The notes under the pieces were generated by a model. It was not told the DNA's origin and made no database searches. It worked only from the letters and a program-made list of their open reading frames with translations. A stretch of DNA of 64,000 nt, from the NCBI GenBank assembly GCA_040954595.2, contig CM082580.2:2160783-2224782 (forward strand), read 5' to 3'. Positions 36,756-49,505 of the stretch are shown here, piece after piece (position 1 is the first letter of the stretch; every line of letters begins with the position of its first letter). The position numbers and the translations under genes are program-made. Source of the stretch: Balanoglossus misakiensis (Eukaryota; Animalia; Hemichordata).

Positions 36756-37600
36756 TAGGGACCGTTCAGTTTTTACGGCCGGGGGGGGGGGGGCGGCAAA
36801 ATCCAGGGGGTGCGGGGTCACTTAAATTTTGATGTCCAAAAGGGGGGGGGGGGTCATCTGGTTTTTTTTAAACGTTTAGGGGGAGGTCACATACTTTTGC
36901 CACCGAACTTTTGCTTTTGAATCCACAAAATTGCAGTTTCGCGCCCTTTATTTTACAAAATGTTCTAATGTGGGAGGGGGACACCCACTCCCACACACTA
37001 CCCCCTCCCACACCCACCCCCTTCATTCTCCGCCACATTTCATTTTTTGCTGGTTTGTCTAGTGTACCAGGGCAGAGTGCTTCCCACCCCAACCCCACCG
37101 ATGATAATATTTAACAAAGTAAATACATAAAGGAGAATAATCGTTTAAACCATTTTGCATAACTGATAGTTTCGCCCTGCATCTTCTATATACTAGAAGT
37201 TTTATAAATGATGTCATGACGAAGATGACGCCAAATCTTCTAACTTTGGGTGGATTGGCAAAAAGTAAAATTGGTCCTCCCAAACATTGAGATAATTTTC
37301 TTTTGAGTTCATTAAAATGCAACTTTGCGCTACATATTTTACAAAAGGTTCTTATGTGGCAGGGGGACACCCCTTCCCACACCCACCATTCTTCGCCACA
37401 TTGCATTTATTCGCTGGTTTGTCTAGTGTACCAGGGCAGACTTCTTGCCACCCCACCCCGATGTTTACTTTGAGTGGAATGGCAAAATTAAAATTTGTCC
37501 TCCCTAACATTGAGTTAATTTCAATTGCTTTTGAGTTCATTAAAATGCAACCTTGAGCACCGTATTTTACACCCACGCCCACCCCCCACCCCACTTTTCT
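36756..37600. repeat. Degenerate MITE-like repeat with internal duplication
   Basis: Starts AGGGACCGTTCAGTTTTTACGGCC(G)n. 36925-37100 resembles 37315-37460, and 36823-36960 resembles 41872-42000. Confidence 0.5.
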
Positions 37601-40600
37601 TCTTTTACCAATTATCATAGCAACTATTCTCTTTGTGGAAGAGTACAGGATCCACAGTCGGTCTGATGGTAACTTTGACGTCGATATTATTTTTTAAATC
37701 TTCGTCTCTGATCTTTCTCCAGATATGGACGTAAAAGGCAGGTGAACAACACTGCCGATAGAGATCTGTCGCGTGCCGTCACGGACGACAACGCCCCCAG
37801 AGGCAGAGCGGGGTGGGCAGAGAGACCTCGGCGCCACCAGAGAATAGACGCCAAACCGGTGATGCATCGTCCACCAGCAATAGTCACCTTCTGAACACGG
37901 CGGGGACCGGCGTCACCGCCAGCAGGTATGCCGCCCTCACCGCTCACCGTGACTGTGCTCCCCGGTTCCCGGATATGGAGCTCAGTGCCCTCCGCGGAGG
38001 TGTGCTGTCGCCCCCGCCGTACACTCCCCGAGACGAAAATCTTTGCGACCCGCCCAAGTATTCTGAAGTCGACACGGCGACAGAAACACGACGAACGGAT
38101 GAGTTTTGTGGGAGGAGCAACTCTCGCGCGATTCCGCCACTGGAAAGTTCATTGTTGACAACATTTATTTAAAAGCGCGAAATTTGAACGCTGCTTATTA
38201 TATATTAATCGTGAGGTGGGATTTTATAAATTATTACTATTTTTACAACATCTGAAATATTTGCAGTGATTTTGTCATTTCCTCATGCACGCATGCTCAG
38301 GAAAATCACACCTGCTGTGCCGATGTGTCAACCCCAGGAACGTAGAATGAGTTGCATGCTGGTACCTTCAATTTCGTAGTACATGAGATATAACTGGATT
38401 CAAACCCGGGTGTGATTTCATTGAATGCGTTCTCAAACCTGCGCCATTTCTACATTTTATTATATTTGTTATATTATACTAATATTGTGATATTATGGTG
38501 AGGCAAGATTTCTATTCATAAGATCTGCCTGGTAATAAAACAAGGGAGCAAACTTTGAACCTTCTTTGTTTTTATCAAGTGAATAAATTCGTAGGAAAAC
38601 TGTAGTCTGTTTACTAGTAGTTTGCTTTCTTGCTTATTATCAACATATTTAATAGCGGTTTTATCAGTAGTTATGATTTTAGCCAGATTTTGGGTCAACT
38701 CGGCTAAATCCGCTTATTTGCTCAGGTAAACATGGGCCTCTACATACAGGGAGGGGTGAATGGGTTACTACCGATCGATGGGACTACATAGTTTTTGTGC
38801 TGTGTATTTCAACATAGAAGCGCACTATTCTGTTCCACGTTGACTAGGTCTTTTTTTTAAGTATTATCTCAAGCCTGCAAGTGATTGCTTTGAATATCCG
38901 TTCCAGATGACTGACGCTCACTGAGCCGAAAGGTTGTCGAGGGCCAACCGTAACGTGGTAGTGCTAGTCGCCATTTTTTTCAAATCTATTTTTATGTTTC
39001 AATAGGCCTATGCACAGCAGATTTTTCTAGCCACTCGCTGCTGTACACAGATCATATATACTTCAAGACTTTGAGAGTGGTTTTTGATTCATTTTTGCTG
39101 CCCAAACCCAATCCAAGAAGCGTATTAGTTCCGTCCGGCGTGTATTTATTGCATAACTGCAGCAAATATTAGCACCCATTACGAACCACCTGTTAATGCG
39201 ACGGAGCTATTCCTTTCTCCTATTCACTATATACTGACGTCACACGCGGATGTAACCCGGATGCGACTGGGGACTCGAGCAGTCACGCATTGTGTTCGAT
39301 GCTCATTTTTCGACCGAAAGCTGTTTTGGACGGATTTACTGAATGTTAGAGACATACACTCAATCTGGGTAAGTGCGTGTTTGCAAATGTTGTACGTCAT
39401 CTGCAAAGAAAGCGAGTGCATGCCAAGTGCGTCATTGTCCGCGCGCGTGCCAGTATCTCCCTGCAGCTTTTCTTGTTCAGTCTTTTGAAACAGATTTTTG
39501 GGGCTCCAATTTAGCGGGACAATCTTTTGACATTATTTTCAGGCGATTTTAGCTTTTGTCAATAGCATATTTACGTTGCTTTGATCACCGAACTGTGCCT
39601 ATTGACGAAACAACACGAATACTTCCAAAACCAAAAAACACGCTAGTTTACCGAACGCAAAGGAAAACAAACGCCGTCATTTTGCCAATCAGAGTAAACG
39701 GTTTTGCATGAAAATTCCCAAAAGGAATGCCATTTTCAACAGAGAGGCAAAGGTCGTTGATGTATACCTTCACTGTCCGCTCTGAACATGGGACATTGTT
39801 GGTACCGGAGACAAAGCCTTAATTGTTTTGACTATGTTTTCTAGGAAAAGTGAATGCGTATTATAGCATGTTTTTTTTGTTTGTTTTTTGGCGAATCGTT
39901 GTGATAGACACCACTGCTACAGTCAGCTGTACTGTTACGATCTGTATAAAGGTCAAATATGATTTTAAGGTTCAATTAATCCAGAGCTCGGGAATGTCAA
40001 TGTTTGGTAATATTTGATTTTATGTATTTGAAGTAGATAGGGAGAGCTGGTGTTTAACTGACTGCTCTGGTTGTCAATCATCAACGAACTGACTTTGTAA
40101 ATTGGTACGTATAGAGTTGAATTGATGCCCAATGGAATTGTAACACATTGTATTTGTCATATTTAACATGTTTAACCACGCCTTGAGAAAAGTAATTATA
40201 AGAGAACTCTGTTTCCAAAGTTGTGAAAGAAAAGAATCTAACGGGAGATGGGAGTACCTCAGGCTATTGGGTTCATTCCCATCCTTACGTATTTTACTGA
40301 TCGTATTTGATGTACTGGAATAATTCTGGACAATAAATGTGCGTGAATCAGATACGTGTCTCCGTGGATCACTGTTCTCATCAGAGCCCGTTACCTCGTC
40401 GCTACAGATTCCCCAAATGCATGAACAATAATAACATTCCAGCGGTAATACGTTCAACTTGTTTTTTTTTTTACAGAGAAAAGGAATAAACTTTATTAAA
40501 TAAAAAAGATGCTCACAGAATACAAGTTGTAAGACTTATTATTGCAGCATATTCACCTTGTGTTGTTTTCTGATTTCAAAAAGTACGGCAGCACTTCATC

Positions 40601-40968
40601 GTAGCTCCATCCTTCAGGTCCCAGTCTTGCCCAGGAATCGAAGTCTTCTTTGCAACCAAATTCTATTGCATGTGTTATTTATGTGAGGCTGAGAAGAAAA
40701 TCACAAAAACTTGGATAATATTTGTTAACGTAAAAACGGGGCTATGTTAGTAGATGTGATTCCCAACACATATACTCTTCAGAACTGATGGGTTCGTGTC
40801 AATCTCTCTAACCAGATTTAGCGAAACTGTTGAAAACGTAGACGATGCTGTAATGGATGCGACTGAGGGAATGGTATTTTTCCATCACAAGAGCGTTGGC
40901 GATCTGAAACTTGGAAGTCAAAATCCACTGGACAAACCCTTAATTGATCTTCCAAATAGTTTGATCCC

Positions 40969-43147
40969 TGTATCACCCCAATATGTAATAATTAACCCAA
41001 TATGTAATACTAACCCAATATGTAATAACACCTTAACCCAATACGTAATACTAACCCAATATGTAATAACACTTAACCCAATATGTAATACTAACCCAAT
41101 ATGTAATAACACTTAACCCAATATGTAATAAACTTTAATTCTACATGTAATAAACGTTATCAGCTAGCTGCATATGTAATAAACGTTAACCCTATATGTT
41201 ATAAACTTGAATTTTACATGAAATAAACGTTTTTAGTTAACCCTATATGTAACACTTACCCAATATGTAATAACACCTTAACCCAATATGTAATACTAAC
41301 CCAATATGTAATAACACCTTAACCCAATATGTAATAACACTGCCCTAATGTATTTTAATACTAAGCTTAATGAAATACACCAAATCAATATGAAATTATA
41401 TCTGAATATGAATTGAAATCCTTACTAAACATGTTTTAAAACTAAACTCACTGTTTTTCATTAACCCAATATGTAATAACACCTTAACCCAATATGTAAT
41501 AACACTGCCGTAATGTGTTTGAATATGTAATATTAACCCAATAGAGTTGAAGTAAAACTCAAATCTGTATAAAAGTAGTGAAATCAAGTTGTGTACGCAT
41601 GCGTGACATCAACATATTGTCTCAGATGGAAGCTTCCAGACATATACAGAGAATACCCAGGACACAATATTGACATGGAAAATTTCCAAATTTTAGACAG
41701 AGAATCTGATGTATTAATGAAGCCATATACATCAGGACACTTCAACCCTCACTTGTAGAGATGGGGGCAGGGGGGGGGGGGTTACACTTTACCATCAGTG
41801 CACACTACTTGCCCGTCAAAAGTGAAACAGATACTGATATTGAACGCCTTACACGTCAAGTATACCTTTCTTAATTTTGAAGTCCAAAAGCGGGGGTCAT
41901 CTTTTTTTAAGAAACGTTTAGGGGGTTCATATACTTTTGCCACAAAACTTGTGCTTTTGAGTCCACAAAATTGCAGTTTCGCACCCTTTATTTTACAAAA
42001 TTTTCTAATCCCCAGCGTACCCCCGCGGCCTCCCCACCTCGGGTGATACGGGACGAATGTGGGAAATTAGCCCGGTGGTTGCAGTCCCCGGGTGGGTGGA
42101 TCCGTATACTAACAGCCGATAGTAATAGTTTTGCGAAATATAGCATAAAGCTAGAGGTTCAAACAACAAAATTTACCTTGATTTCATGTGGATGTAAAAA
42201 TTAGGTAAATCTATCACTATGTTAACTTTACCAGGACTATCAAATGCTACCGGAACTTGCAAGTAATTCGTTGAGTTAAGCGGGAAATATGTTTCGAAAA
42301 TATGTTATGAAAAAGGGTTTCCCCCTCTATCACCACCTCTATTGAAAATAGATGAAATAATATTATGGTCTTTTCCCAGAAAGACAAATGTACCCCCCCC
42401 CCCCGTAAAAAAATACAAGCCACCATTACCATTACATATTGGGTTAAGTGTTATTACATATTGGGTTAATGAAAAACATTGAGTTTAGTTTTAAAACATG
42501 TTTAGTAAGGATTTTAATTCATATTCAGATATAATTTCATATTGATTTGGTTTATTTCATTTAGCTTAGCATTAAAATACATTAGGGCAGTGTTATTACA
42601 TATTGGGTTAGTATTACATATTGGGTTAAGGTGTTATTACATATTGGGTTAGTGTTACATATTGGGTTAAGTGTTATTACATATTGGGTTAGTGTTACAT
42701 ATTGGGTTAAAGTTTATTACATATAGGGTTAACGTTTATTACATATAGGGTTAACTAATAACGTTTTTTCATGTAGAATTAACGTTATTTCATGGAGAAC
42801 TAAAGTTTATTACATATAGGGTTAACTAATAACGTTTTTTTCATGTAGAATTAACGTTATTTCATGTAGAACTAAAGTTTATTACATATAGGGTTAACGT
42901 TTATTACATATAGGGTTAACTGAAAACGTTTATTACACGTTAAATTCAAGTTTATAACATATAGGGTTAACGTTTATTACATATGCAGCTAGCTGATAAC
43001 GTTCATTACATGTAGAATTAAAGTTTATTACATATTGGGTTAAGTGTTATTACATATTGGGTTAGTATTACATATTGGGTTAAGGTGTTATTACATATTG
43101 GGTTAGTATTACATATTGGGTTAATTATTACATATTGGGGTGATACA
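40969..43147. mobile_element. Fold-back non-autonomous DNA transposon with TGT..ACA ends and a 6-bp TSD (superfamily unassigned)
   Basis: Ends TGTATCACCCCAATATGTAATAATTAACCC ... GGGTTAATTATTACATATTGGGGTGATACA. TSD GATCCC at 40963-40968 and 43148-43153. Arms are built from TAACCCAATATGTAATA subrepeats. Confidence 0.85.
41630..41800 (+). mobile_element. Penelope-like (GIY-YIG) 3' fragment inside the fold-back element; second copy at ~49907-50077
   Basis: Frameshifted translation PGHNIDMENFQILDRESD / INEAIYIRTLQPSL.RDGG resembles the C-terminus of Penelope-like GIY-YIG endonucleases. Confidence 0.6.
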
Positions 43148-43366
43148 GATCCCCACTATCTCGAAGATCCAGAAGATGTGCAAACTATGATACGGGTTAG
43201 CATTTGCGCCTTTTCTATAATAATTTGTTTACCTGTCCAATGTGTAATGTTTTGGGGTTTATTTAATGTCGTATTCCAATAACCAAGAAGGATTTCTATT
43301 CACGTTATAGGGTGTTAGTCTTGCTCAGAAGTTGATGAATACATTTCCAATTTGAATTTCCTATTT

Positions 43367-43399
<33 letters not shown>

Positions 43400-45743
43400 T
43401 GCTTGTGTGTTTTTGTGTGTTTCAAAACAGAGAAAAAATGGAAATGGTGCCACTTTGAAAGCTAAGTCTGGATTTTCTCTTCGGTTGGAGGATAACTCCA
43501 TCTCATCTCAAGTTTCCCGACTGTCCCCATGAGATAGACAGCGATGACTACCGGGAATACGTCATTCGTCACCTGACCTTCGCGATTTGGCACACTGTGG
43601 GGACCTGTAGAATGGGAGCGGCAGATGACCCCTCTGCAGTGGTTGACCCAGGCCTCAGGTGATAAACTATTACTGAGCTTTAAAAAACATCCCCTGTGCT
43701 TTCTTTCATTTAACTCCAATCATCCTCTTTTAATATTTAGATGAACGACTAACATTTTGCGCTATCACATGAGTCAAACTAAATATGTTGAATTCATTTA
43801 TATGTAGGTACGGTTATAACAATGGCGCTTAATCACCGTATTTGTCCCCCTTTCCTCCGTAGCAATTCGGTTGTCCAATATTTGTGTCATGACCTGATGT
43901 CCCTTGAAATTTTTCATTTTCTCACCATGTCACATCACACCGATTCAAACTAGATTTCTTCCAGAGTACGAGGACTGGAGAACGTCCGTGTGGTAGATGC
44001 TTCCATAATGCCACACCTCCCATCTGGAAACACCAACGCCCCCACCATTATGATCGCTGGAAAGGCTGCAGATATGATCAAACAAAACATGTGAAAAAAG
44101 AGCCAAAGAAGGACAGAGGCGATCGCAAAAATCTGACCGAAATGAAAACTTCTATATGCGTAAACTATCATTCTCAATAAAGCCTAACTGACTGTGAGTG
44201 ATTTATTATCAAATACAACGTCTTCCACCCTTGTTTGACTTGTATTGATAATCATGTATGTCATTTCAAGGTCATTATTAAAATCTGAAAAAGGCTTCAA
44301 TGGCGTCTCTTTGTGACCATTCTATATAATATTTAAGATAATTCAATCAATCGCTACAAAACAAAATAATACTTCTTCCCTGGTGAATTCTGAATGTAAT
44401 GTAACACTACTGATTTCTGATTAACATTTCGATACCATAAGATCCAACATTCCAAAAAACCACACGGCTATGCTTAGAACTCCCAACAGGGTTGGGTCAC
44501 AATTCTCGCGTTAGATCGACGTTCGAACGCCCCGTTCTGAATTAACGCGACCCTGTAAAATAACATCACAATGCGCGCGTAAGTCCAGCATGAACGCAAA
44601 CACATGTAGTAGATGCAGAACCCCATACCGAGGGTATTTACACAATTGCTGGCGGGGCATTCTGCGGCTATCCTCAAACTACAGGGCCGATAATAAGATA
44701 ATTAATCAACCATACACTTTCAATTAGGTTAATTTTGACGTATGGGTCGTGTTTCGAGAAAGTAAACAGCGGATGATCGTAAAAAAATTATATGTTACAA
44801 CCTTTTCAAAAAGTTAATTATCGGACACCACGGTGTCTTAAAATGTTCGTTTGGCAGGAATATACGACCATGTCACTGAGGGCGATGGCTGTGTTTGTGA
44901 CGTACGCCTCTATTGTACGACTCAGGAATATTAATGTATATTTCCAATGTATAATTTTATTATGGATAAGACAATGTAGGCATCGTTGCCCAGTGTTGAG
45001 GGTGCCAAACTGACTAATCCCAGATATTTGTTCAACTTTTATTTTACGGGATTCCAATCTAGGCATTTCGCCGCATCAATTCACGCAATGGACACCCTAT
45101 TCCGAATTCCGTGGGTGACGCATAAAATACAGTGTTTAATTACACTTTTGCTTAATACATAAAACCCAATAGAATGGCTAATGCTGTGTGTATAGCTGTT
45201 AAATTGAATCGAATGTAAAATGTTAGCAACAAAGTAAATAAAAGTTAACAGAAAATAACAAAAAGTTAATCCTAATTGAATTCATATTATTATTATGGTT
45301 GCCAGGCTGTCTCGGCGTAATTCAGTCAATCAGCCTTGTGTTACGGTGGATGGGTACTAAAGTAACACCTTTCGCAAATAAATTGAAAGTGTTTTTATCA
45401 ACCCCCTCTGTGAAATAACTTCAATTATTTCATATGTACCACAGTATTCCAAGCGGGCCGTGCAATAATAATTCTGGTATTTTTGCGAGCTCATATGCAA
45501 ATGAGCATCCAGAAGAATAAGATCCCCCATTTCCCCTTCAATCGATCGTATCTTTCAAAGTTTAACCCTCGTTCTGTTACACAATCACTTGGAGTTCATA
45601 TAAACCTCCGGAGGATATAACAAAAGTTTTATTTCAGTCGCAAAAAAGTCGATTGTTGTTTTAGTTGTGCGCGTGACAAAGTGGTATTTTTCACAACCCA
45701 TATGCAAATGAGTAAAAACAAGGTAAAAACAAGCCGGACTACG

Positions 45744-46975
45744 TAATTGTAATTGATTTATTTTATCGAATGAAAAAATTATATACATATGAATATTGGA
45801 ACAAAGAAAAAGATAAAATACTATTCATCCGATATGGTCACGGAATTAGTTCGTTAGGAACTAGTCTAGTCCGTGACCAGTACAAATGGAAGATTCCAAT
45901 TGAAAAAGGAAAATACACGAGTGCTGAACTGAGGAGTCAATTATATACTATAAAAGAAGTAAACAATATTTGGCAGGGAAATAAAATGGATATATAAATA
46001 AATTGACAAAGTTAAGTAGATAAATACATGGTCTTGTAAATCAGAAAATCGGTGGAAGTCTTACGCAATCTGTTCGTCATGGAGAAGGTGGGCTTTTAAC
46101 ATTTTCTTAAATGAGTGTCGAGATGTGATCCTTTTTATATGTATTGGGAGGGAATTCCATAGATTGGTTGCTGCATATTTTATGTGGTGTTTACTTTGTG
46201 TAAGACTAATTCTGGGTATATAAAAGTTTTCATCAGTGGAAAAACGGGTGGGATAGTTGTGGGGAATAGAGTGAATATAACGGGTTTTGTCCTGGGCATA
46301 ATGGTCGTTTAACATATCAAAAACAAAAAGACAAGTTTGAAATTTACATAACTTAAAAACGTCTAAGATACCAAGCTGTCTAAATAGGGGGGGAGTGTGG
46401 GCACGGAAGTCGGAAAACGTTATCAGGCGAGTGATTTTCTTTTGTAAAAGAAAAATTGGTTCCAAGAAAGTCGTAAAAGTATTGCCCCAAATTTCGATGC
46501 AGTAAGTGATGTGTGGGAGGATAAGCGAGTTGTAGAGCAGGAGAAGAATATATTTTGGAACAAAGTGGCGAAGTTGAGAGATAATACCGATTTTCGGGGC
46601 AATAGTTTTTACGACCCTCTGGATATGCGTTTTCCAGTTGATATTTTGATCGAGAGTGACCCCCAAGTATGTGGCTGATGGGACACAATCTAGTCTTTTC
46701 CCGTCAATATCTAAAGTCCCATTGATGACTACATGTTTGCGGGATGTTTTCACTATCATATAATTTGTTTTGTCAACATTGATAGTGAGTTTATTAGCCC
46801 GACACCAATCACAAACTTTGCAGAAATCAGAGTTAACTTGTGTAAGGTCAATGTGGTGGTTATTGATGAACTTGAACAGATTGGTATCGTCTGCAAAAAG
46901 GCGGAAGTTGAAGGCTTTCGTTGAATTGGCGATGTCGTTGATGTAAATTAAAAATAAAACTGGGCCAAGTATTTT
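45744..46975 (-). mobile_element. 5'-truncated non-LTR retrotransposon (CR1/L2/Crack group): RT C-terminus and 3' UTR
   Basis: LGPVLFLIYIND, LFADDT, W..ANKLTINVDKT, YLGVTLD and LYNSLILPHITYCIEIWG; stop at 46061. A 3' UTR stem-loop near 45839-45875 and an AATAAA(TCAATTACAATTA) tail. Confidence 0.88.
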
Positions 46976-48481
46976 GTTTGTAAACATTGAACGCCGTCGG
47001 CAGAGCTGGAGTATGATCGCCGAAACGTGGGAGCTGTCGCTCGTAAAAATACTCGGAAGAATACACCTTCTCACTCATGAAAATAATATCCATACTGCAC
47101 AGATCGCGCGCAGAGGTCATGAAGTTCTGTCATATAAGTATGCTTTGTATTACACGCCAGATCACACTTCTCCTCAGAATACAACTTGGTACGTAACTTT
47201 TTCCAAACGCCCAGCACAAGAAGACCGACGTAGACATGAAGAACATACAGCCAGAACGCAACGCCTTCATTAACATATGCAAATGCAGAATCTGATTCGA
47301 AAAACGAGACCGTTGCACTGAGCCCCGAAAAGGGTGTCTGAATTGGGTCATTTTTTTCCCCAACTTTGGTCATCAACCGCTATTAATGGCGATCGTTCTG
47401 AGTATTTTTGTTGGATTTATTTGATAGTACATATATCGAACTATATCTCAAGGAGTATTTTTGATGATTAATGCAGTAGTTTCAGAGAAATAACGAAAAG
47501 TACAGAGTAATGAAAATTCACGTTTTGGAAACATGCCTCGCTAAATTCTTGAACGGACTGTTACACCAACTTGTTGTACAAATCCAATGACATATTTATA
47601 AAATATAGGCATTGATCCTTCTTACTGTGAAGTTTGTATACTTTCTGGGGCATATTAACGAAGTTATAACGGTTTTAATTTGTTTACTTTTTGCTGTGAC
47701 GAGTTCATTTTCAGTGGGAAATGGCGGGAGTTTACAGCGTAACCCATTGTCGAGCGTTCAGTGCAGAATGTGTGTATATTGTTTACGTCCCACATGTACA
47801 TGTAGTGTTGATAAAGGCACATGTTGGAAATGGGTTCATTGTATATCGGCTATTTAGACTACCTTTTATTATTGAAAATTATCGATGATCATCGAGATCT
47901 GCCTAAACTACGTTAGCACTGGCGGCTGCGTGTATGTATTGCAGGGTTGTGTGCTTACGGCGCGGCGTAACCCTGCAATCGCGATGCCTCCATACCACAG
48001 CTTTTGGAAGAATAAAATACAGATTTCGTCGAATGTGGTGTTTCACAAAAAGAAAAACATTATTGAGCGACAACACAAACGTTTGTAAAAAATCAGTCCG
48101 GTTCTTTCAACTCCACAATCGCGTTAAACAGAGACTGCAAAGAGCGACTTGGATAATTGCGTATTTACTAGTGTTTACATCAGCGGCCGGGAAACCTCGG
48201 GTCACGTAGGTCATGTGACGACTTCCGGGTAAAATCACCCGTTTTTTAGCGAAAATTCTTGAACTGACCGTTACACTTGTATCTTTACCAAATTTTTTTA
48301 CACGGTCATTTAAAGTGTAGAAAAACCCACATAACCCTGAAATATGTAAACTTTCCGGGGCATATTATGGATACTGGAAGCGAAAAACTGGACCATATTT
48401 TCGACCGCTAGAGTAACCTTCGGAAAATCGCCATAATATCAATATTTCAGTAAATAATTCTAAAATCCATTTGGATGGCAC

Positions 48482-49059
48482 GAAAGAAGACATGTCAGGA
48501 GAGGTTTTCGCTTTTACATGATTTAAAATAATGCACTCTAGCGAAAGTTACGGCAAGTTGAAAATGCCTCAAAAAACGGTCTGTGAGCGGCCATTCAAAA
48601 TGTAACGGTCCTGATCTGGATAGGCGATAATATGCTAATGAGGGTGTTGCGTTCTGGCTGCATAGTGGTAGTATTCTGACTGTTAGCTGTAAGCAGTTAC
48701 TTCAGCTTCGCGGATGTAAGTGCTTTTTTCGTACCAGACTAAAATGTGCAGTTTTCTCGATTTGCCGTCAGAAAGAAGACATGTCAGGAGAGGTTTTCGC
48801 TTTTACATGATTTAAAATAATGCACTCTAGCGAAAGTTACGGCAAGTTGAAAATGCCTCAAAAAACGGTCTGTGAGCGGCCATTCAAAATGTAACGGTCC
48901 TGATCTGGATAGGCGATAATATGCTAATGAGGGTGTTGCGTTCTGGCTGCATAGTGGTAGTATTCTGACTGTTAGCTGTAAGCAGTTACTTCAGCTTCGC
49001 GGATGTAAGTGCTTTTTTCGTACCAGACTAAAATGTGCAGTTTTCTCGATTTGCCGTCA
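48482..49059. repeat. 289-bp direct tandem duplication, present only in duplication copy 1
   Basis: GAAAGAAGACATGTCAGG..TTTGCCGTCA at 48482-48770 and 48771-49059; single copy at 56761-57049. Confidence 0.95.
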
Positions 49060-49319
49060 GTACCGTGAGTGCCTTGCTTCATTCTTCGCAATAGACAATC
49101 GAGTGAGTACAAATATACGCTGTAAGTGTATATAGCGGTAATTACTGTTTATAGATAAGTGGCATGCAGCTCGGTGTAACCCCAACTGCCACGTTTAAAA
49201 GAACGATTCAAGCGCAAAAAATAAGATAGCAAAATTTGTATGCCGACAAATTATTTTCAATTTTCTAAATATGACTCGCGTTTCGCATGTAGCATGTTTA
49301 ACACAAGGTATTCTGTAAT

Positions 49320-49422
49320 AGAGAACCACCTCCCCCTCAGTGGTTCTTGGTTTCGAATCGCCGAGGGCCGCAGGCCCGAGGCGATTGGAAACCAAGAACC
49401 ACTGAGGGGGAGGTGGTTCTCT
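49320..49422. repeat. ~100-bp palindromic element; second copy at 57310-57412
   Basis: AGAGAACCACCTCCCCCTCAGTGGTTCTTGGTTTC ... GAAACCAAGAACCACTGAGGGGGAGGTGGTTCTCT with a GGGCCGCAGGCCC centre. Confidence 0.85.
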
Positions 49423-49505
49423 AACTGAAACCACGATCGTGACGTCACACTATTCAATAGACAAGTCATTCACTGAGAGAACCTCCGTCTCACACAAAAC
49501 CACAG

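Larger units (their letters stand above)
40783..44094 (+). pseudogene. GMC oxidoreductase (glucose/choline dehydrogenase family), 3' exons, disrupted by a transposon
   Basis: HHKSVGDLKLGSQNPLDKPLID | DPHYLEDPEDVQTMIR (split by the insertion). IWHTVGTCRMGAADDPSAVVDPGLR (~43580-43658). [38 protein letters not shown] then stop (43964-44094). 5' exons not seen. Confidence 0.88.

Noticed and set aside
40918-43282. ORFs rich in LLHIG / ITYW / NPICN
   Set aside because: Translations of the TAACCCAATATGTAATA subrepeat.
46976-47074. N-terminal ~33 aa of the 337-aa RT ORF as a genuine start
   Set aside because: RT homology begins at ILGPVLF; the upstream residues are flanking DNA read through the 5' truncation.
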